From Magallana gigas (lineage: Eukaryota): 64,000 nucleotides of DNA. The stretch covers positions 35,960,001-36,024,000 of the forward strand of contig NC_088859.1 in assembly GCF_963853765.1 (NCBI RefSeq), given 5' to 3'. Shown piece by piece: positions 58,401-64,000 of the stretch (positions are counted from its first letter, which is position 1; each line of letters opens with the position of its first letter). The translations under genes and the position numbers were made by a program. The notes beneath the pieces were generated by a model that worked only from the letters and a program-made list of their open reading frames with translations, searched no databases and was not told the DNA's origin.

Positions 58401-61400
58401 TTTTTTAAATTTGAAATTTTAATGCATATCGGATTTCTTTACAATTTCTTCACAATTCCCAAATGTTCATATAACTGTTTACTTGAATACATTTGTGATT
58501 TTCAAAAAAATAATTTCTTCACAATTCCAAATGTTTCTACATTATTGTACAAATACGAGAATAAAGCATTTTACGAGCAGATTTTATATTTGTTTTTTTT
58601 TCTTAATTTTTTGCCTACAGGCTGTTTACCCGTTTTCATCTACTGTTAAATGTAAGCATGAAGTTAATAGAAGACATCAACTGAAAATGGTAAACTGTCT
58701 CCAGCAGCAAATATTTGAACCCACCGCCTACAATGGATCAGTGTATGCTTCTTACATGACCAACATCAGGTATTTTTAACAAAATGGATTTTTAAATGTG
58801 GGTTAATTTCAAATTTTTGAATGTTTGACTTAACGTCATATTTTTCAATTTTAGCCAGTCATTGGAGCTGAAAGAAGTCGTCAAACTTGACATTCGCTCT
58901 GTGAATAGGAGAATCCGTGGTAAAAAGTATGTAGATATTTTGTTTGAGTTTGAGACTAAGAACCAAGCAGAGACAACTACAGAGAACATTGACAATGTGT
59001 TACACCAGCTTGTGGATGGGATGAAAAAGGATAACATGGAGGAGGTACCAGGTCTCTACCATCAACTAGTTTATACCATGAAAAATTCCAACAGTAAAAC
59101 TTTGTTAGGCATTTTGAAAGATATCTTGAATTGCCATGGCAACAACACTGTCAACTGTGATTCCGTTCACCAGGTGAGTAACTGAATAAACTAAATGTAG
59201 TATCCCAGGAATTTGAAAGTTGAATATTGTCAAAATCATGAGTTCTTTTTTCATCAGTACGCAGAGAAGGATTATTTTTTGGACGGACTGTTGTCCTGTG
59301 GAACACATGATTGTTTGGAGGTGTTCGCTGATTGTTTAAAGAACGGACAAGTTTATGATCCAATTATAAGCTCACTGTTCTCATACGATCTCGCCATCAA
59401 CCATAAACCCTCTCCAGAAATCCTCTCTGTTTTATTTGTGAGTCTTTTATGTACTTGTCTCAATATTCAACTGCAAAATAAAGATGGAGTATCAAAGCTT
59501 ATTCACCTATTAATAAAGTCACGACAAAATCACTGATGATGTGTGTTAACTAACGTACATGTAAAAAGCAATTAACATCTGCGTAGTGTAGCTTATTATT
59601 ACTATATGTATACTACATAACTATATATGTTTAATGCAGGACGTGTGCAAGAACAGTAGCAAGTTCGAGCATTGGTTACCGTTAAGTATCATGGTTCAGA
59701 GGTTCTTGCAAGAGACTCATACCCCGGAATTTCAGCAGGTAAATACACTTATGATAATTTTCTACCTTTTTTGGATCCACATATTTGTAAAATTGCATTT
59801 ATCTGAAACAAGCTTAATCTTTTTTTTTTTTATTAATGTCAGTATGACTGTTTTAATTCATATCTACGTATACACTATTTTTCTTTATGATTTAAATTGT
59901 TAAATTGTTTTTTTTAGGATCATATAATTATGGAGTTTGTTTCACATATTGCACACGAGATTGGATTTACTTGTCAATCAGATATGTGGCAGCTCCTAGA
60001 CGCACAAGGAAAGGAAAGTAAACATGACCATCTTATTCTAATGTTTAAGGTACTATAACTTGTATATACATTGTAGCAATAATTATAAAAAACTAGTTCT
60101 TTTTTATTTTGTTTTCGCAGCTGACACTTTATTGTGTCCATACAATATGTATGATAAAATAACACTGCATGGTTGTGTTAATGATTTATTATATTAGATT
60201 TTTGATTGCATTCAACACTGGCATCGATATAAACGAACTTGGAATGAAGTAATAGTTTTAAGATATACTGCATTATCTGTGTTTTAAACACACTACACAT
60301 GATCTTTGTTTCATTCATTGCAACACTGTAAATTAGAGTTGGTATAAATTTACAACTGTGTAGTAAGCCATTTTCCCTATGACACAACCAACATGGATAA
60401 GTTTCTAGCTTTTTATTTATCAGAAATTAAAGCTGATGAAAACAGTTTGAAATTTAAACCTTTCTTCGAAGCATGTTCACTTGTATGTGATTATATATTA
60501 AATAGCCGATACATCTATAGCTTATTTTTAGGTGCTTGGTAACATTGGAAGCGTTATACAGAAGTTTCCATCCCTGAGTTCACAAGTTGACAAAATAATC
60601 AAATCTACGCTACTTTGTGTAGAAACCACAGAAATTCCGTATCACTTGTCTAAATCAGCTTTACAGGTACTTGTGTTTATAGCTGATAATAAGATGAGGA
60701 ATCATTTTGTAGTTATCACCAGATATATATATTTTTTTCTTTTGCTAGTGTGTATAGAAATTAAATCGCAACAGTTTTTTTTTACTTAAACGCGCGATTT
60801 ATATAAAAGAGAAAATACAGCTTTCAGAATTGTTCTTAATATACATGTAACCATGGCTATATATAAATAGGCCATAAGTACCTTAAATGCGACAGCTGAT
60901 ATCAGGTCGTCATTGCTGACCGTTCTGTATGACATCAGACGAGAAGCCTCTCTTAGAACCCAGGCATTTGTGACTTTGGCAGAGACTGCAGATGAAGACT
61001 TGTTGACTACACTGCTGGATGTTCTGCATAGAGACACAATGGACTATATGAGAATATACATGACATCTTTCATTGAAGGAGTTATGGAGAACGAACAGCC
61101 CGATAGACAGGGGTAATTCTACCCCAAATTTAATCCTTCTTTTTTTCCAGATTAACATAGAGTTTTCATGTATAAAAGTTTTCATGTTAATTTACTAGGT
61201 TTCATTTGCGTTCAATGATATGACGGATTTGCAATATTTTAAAGAAACGTTAATTACTGTCATTAGTAGAGGATTTTGTTTTTTCTGTTACAGGTATCGA
61301 GATCTCTGGAAAAAAGTTTTAAAAAAGGATGGAAGACACCTTCCATCTCGTTATTCCTTTCTAGTAGGAAGATCACTATACATCGACCTATCTAGATACT

Positions 61401-64000
61401 TCAAGTAAGCAAAGAAAACGAAAATGAAATACAAAAACTCAAATATCAAAAACAGCGGACTATTTTATAAGATGATGTACAGTACACGTACTCGCACTGT
61501 GATTTATAGAAGGTAATGTAGTTTGCATGTATCTTCTCAAATCTCTTTCATTTTAGGTTACCTTTGAGCAGTACTTTTCAAGGCCTACAATTTGAGCTAG
61601 ACATGGTTTACGACCCTCTTAAACCATCCTACCAATCAACCGTCATTAAACTAGATTATTTCAATGGGAAAAAGCACAATATTCTGGAAGTTGGAACAGA
61701 TATGAGAGGTAACTTTGCCCACTGCCAAATCTAGTGTACTAATGTAATTCTATAGTGGTAAAACAGATGACTTTTAGTGTAATACTAATAATGTAATGCT
61801 ATAGCGGTACATAGAAAAAGATAATTTTAAAATTCATGTCACTCTCTTTATTTTTCTATTTTTTTAAATCAAAATCTAAACTTTGGTAACCATTCTGTTA
61901 AGATGACAATTGGTAGCCTCTTTACTCAATTCGAGCGCTAAATGTTTTGAAATAATTGGTGTCAACTCACATACTATTTGTTCTTACCAGAAAAAAAACC
62001 CCAATATAATTCTGGTCATCATTAGAACAAAGGATGATGTTGTTTTAAATCAGCTACCCTTTATCATTATTTTTTCTGCTGCAGAGGTATTTTACGATGT
62101 GTGGACCTCTGCGCCGATTCCAATTAATGATTCGATATATTGATGTAACTAAAATTTGGTGCTCTATTTTTAAATAACGATTTTATATCATTAACATTGA
62201 AACAAACTTTTTTTTACTGTTTTTTTTAATAAACTTCATGGATATCTAATTTAGCTATTATATATGGAAAAAACATAAAAGTAAAAAAAAAAATGGAGAA
62301 GTGTTAAAATGTCAGATATCATTAGTATTTTGAAAACATTTCTCCCAAATCATCTGTGTTCTGATTCGTTAAAGTCAACTCTTATATGTGGATTCACCAG
62401 TTTGATATTATGGTAATATTGCAGCTCTTCTGATTTTTATCATATAAGCCGTCGGCTCTTTGGTTGTCAGGTTTGGTGCTGCAGGATGGGAGTAAAAGCT
62501 ATCAAGGAATCTTCTCCATGATCTCGCTCTTCAAGAGGATTAAAGATGAAGTGGATAAGTCTGACTCGGTTAACCCTAAAGAGATGTTTGGCAACTTTCA
62601 CACAGAGTTAGTCCAGGAAATCAGAGGATTGTTTCAGCGCATGAATTATCAAGGAGACAAAGAAGCACTCGGTGGACTGCTACACTTGAAAGTGTTTGGT
62701 AATGTTATCATCTTTTTAATTTAAGAACAAGAGAGAGACTCTTAGGACGTGTCCTTCAACAATGTCTTCTTCAAAGAACTTGTATAACGGGAACATCGAA
62801 ATTGAACAGAATTTCTAGAAATGTGAACATGACTATGGTTACAATTACTTGATTTTTTTGTAGGACATGAAGTTGCTTATGTTGAAGCTGAACGCTTACT
62901 GGAGCTTTTAAGTGTAAAATATTTAACAACCAAAGGACACGAGTTTTTGGAAGTGTTCATGTTTCATTTTAACAAGGGATACAACCGCATAAAAACAAGG
63001 TAGTGAAAACAAGACTTAATGTAAATTACCCATCGTAAAGTTGTAATGAACAGAGCTGAATATATTTTAAAGACAAACATAATGGACATGATACGTGCAT
63101 ATTGGTTCAACTATAGCTAAAATGATACGGTATAGTGGCTATTAATTAGATTATATTTTTTGCACTCTCAGATCATCCCAGATCATGGATTTGACCAAAG
63201 TGTTACCCACTGTCAGTGGAGCATCCTTAAACATGACAGTCCTTGTCCTTCACACATCTGCTACAGAGGTCAAGGCTAAATTATCGTTAGAAAATTTTCT
63301 GGTGGGACTTGGACCACTGGAGACGCTAACCCGTGTCTCTCATCAGTAGGATTTACAACTTTTTGACACACATTTTTTCTAAATCATTGTAATATGTTTA
63401 TTTATATGAATGTTCGAGATATAGATGTATGTACTTGGTTGAGTCCAGTAAAGTTCATTTAAAACAAGGGTAATGTTTTGATATACATTACATCAAATTT
63501 TGATAGTGAAAAAAGTTAATATTTGTTTATTTTAATATTTCGAACCACAGATAAGTACATGTATCACCATTTATGTTTTTTTTTATTTTAGAGGAGCTTT
63601 TGAATTCCTTGGACAAATGACTGTTACTCTACCTTCACTAGCCTGTAAGAGAGCCAGAATGGTCACACGTGGAGTTTTAAGAGGTGCACTAGATGTAGAA
63701 GCTATGTTGACGGCCTTCAAACCCAGCATCAAAGTCCTGGAACACTTCAAGTTGACTCTATTTAGCAGAAACGATGGAATGAAAAAAGAGTTTGCATTTA
63801 TTAAGTAAGATTCTGTTGATTTATAATGTTAAAGAAAAAATATAAATCGTATTACTGTACACATTTATTGTATACTCTTTATGTTTTCTCGAAATCATTT
63901 TAGAAACAAAATGGTTCTGATGCATGGCGATGAAAAAGATGTAGAGGAAGTCCCTTTCCTTCCAAATTACCATGGGAAATTTGAACGGTGTTATGCTTGG
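55462..64000 (+). CDS. Apolipophorin/apolipoprotein B-like large lipid transfer protein (vitellogenin-N domain), 3' incomplete
   Basis: In-phase exons 56802-56855, 56974-57125, 57449-57543, 57644-57809, 58216-58395, 58621-58769, 58855-59173, 59258-59437, 59640-59738, 59918-60049, 60532-60666, 60871-61112, 61294-61404, 61557-61708, 62471-62698, 62864-62999, 63172-63345, 63592-63804, 63904->. LLTP hallmarks GKTYHY...SGF...CRFSVDV...CEGLLK, ILNIKRAILSSLQ, TDIFGACPTDY, VLGNIG, LKVFGHEVAY, LPTVSG. First exon 55462-55507 (MKLIIFFVSLKLYLN, phase 1) is tentative. Confidence 0.85.

Overview
AT-rich, intron-rich animal genomic DNA, most likely an oyster (Ostreidae), judging from CvA/Cg_HINE-type Helentron elements with ~166-bp repeats. 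I reconstructed five spliced genes by hand, with open frames and consistent exon phases. They are Disabled (Dab, +, 6524-18096), calreticulin (-, 23874-21295, ends KDEL), TMEM59 (+, 26528-29804), DIS3L (-, 52083-33074, 22 exons) and an apolipophorin/apoB-like large lipid transfer protein (+, ~55462 to beyond 64000). Introns and spacers hold many non-autonomous transposons, fold-back palindromes, decayed CR1/L2 and HERO-type LINE fragments, and a ~7-kb 32-bp minisatellite in DIS3L intron 18. The most notable finding is a terminal [11 protein letters not shown] motif on Dab, 9/11 identical to the H. pylori CagA EPIYA-A segment. It appears switchable by two 3' splice sites 30 nt apart, the other giving an immediate stop. 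Other highlights: further predicted Dab isoform switches (a GC donor removing 7 DPF motifs; a duplicated mini-exon giving an alternative N-terminus), a U1-mimic hairpin over the DIS3L first donor, many GTAAGT sites in the DIS3L minisatellite, cGNAg triloops capping unrelated fold-back elements, and a perfect ERSE in the calreticulin promoter. All isoform and functional claims are inferences that need RNA-seq or experiment.
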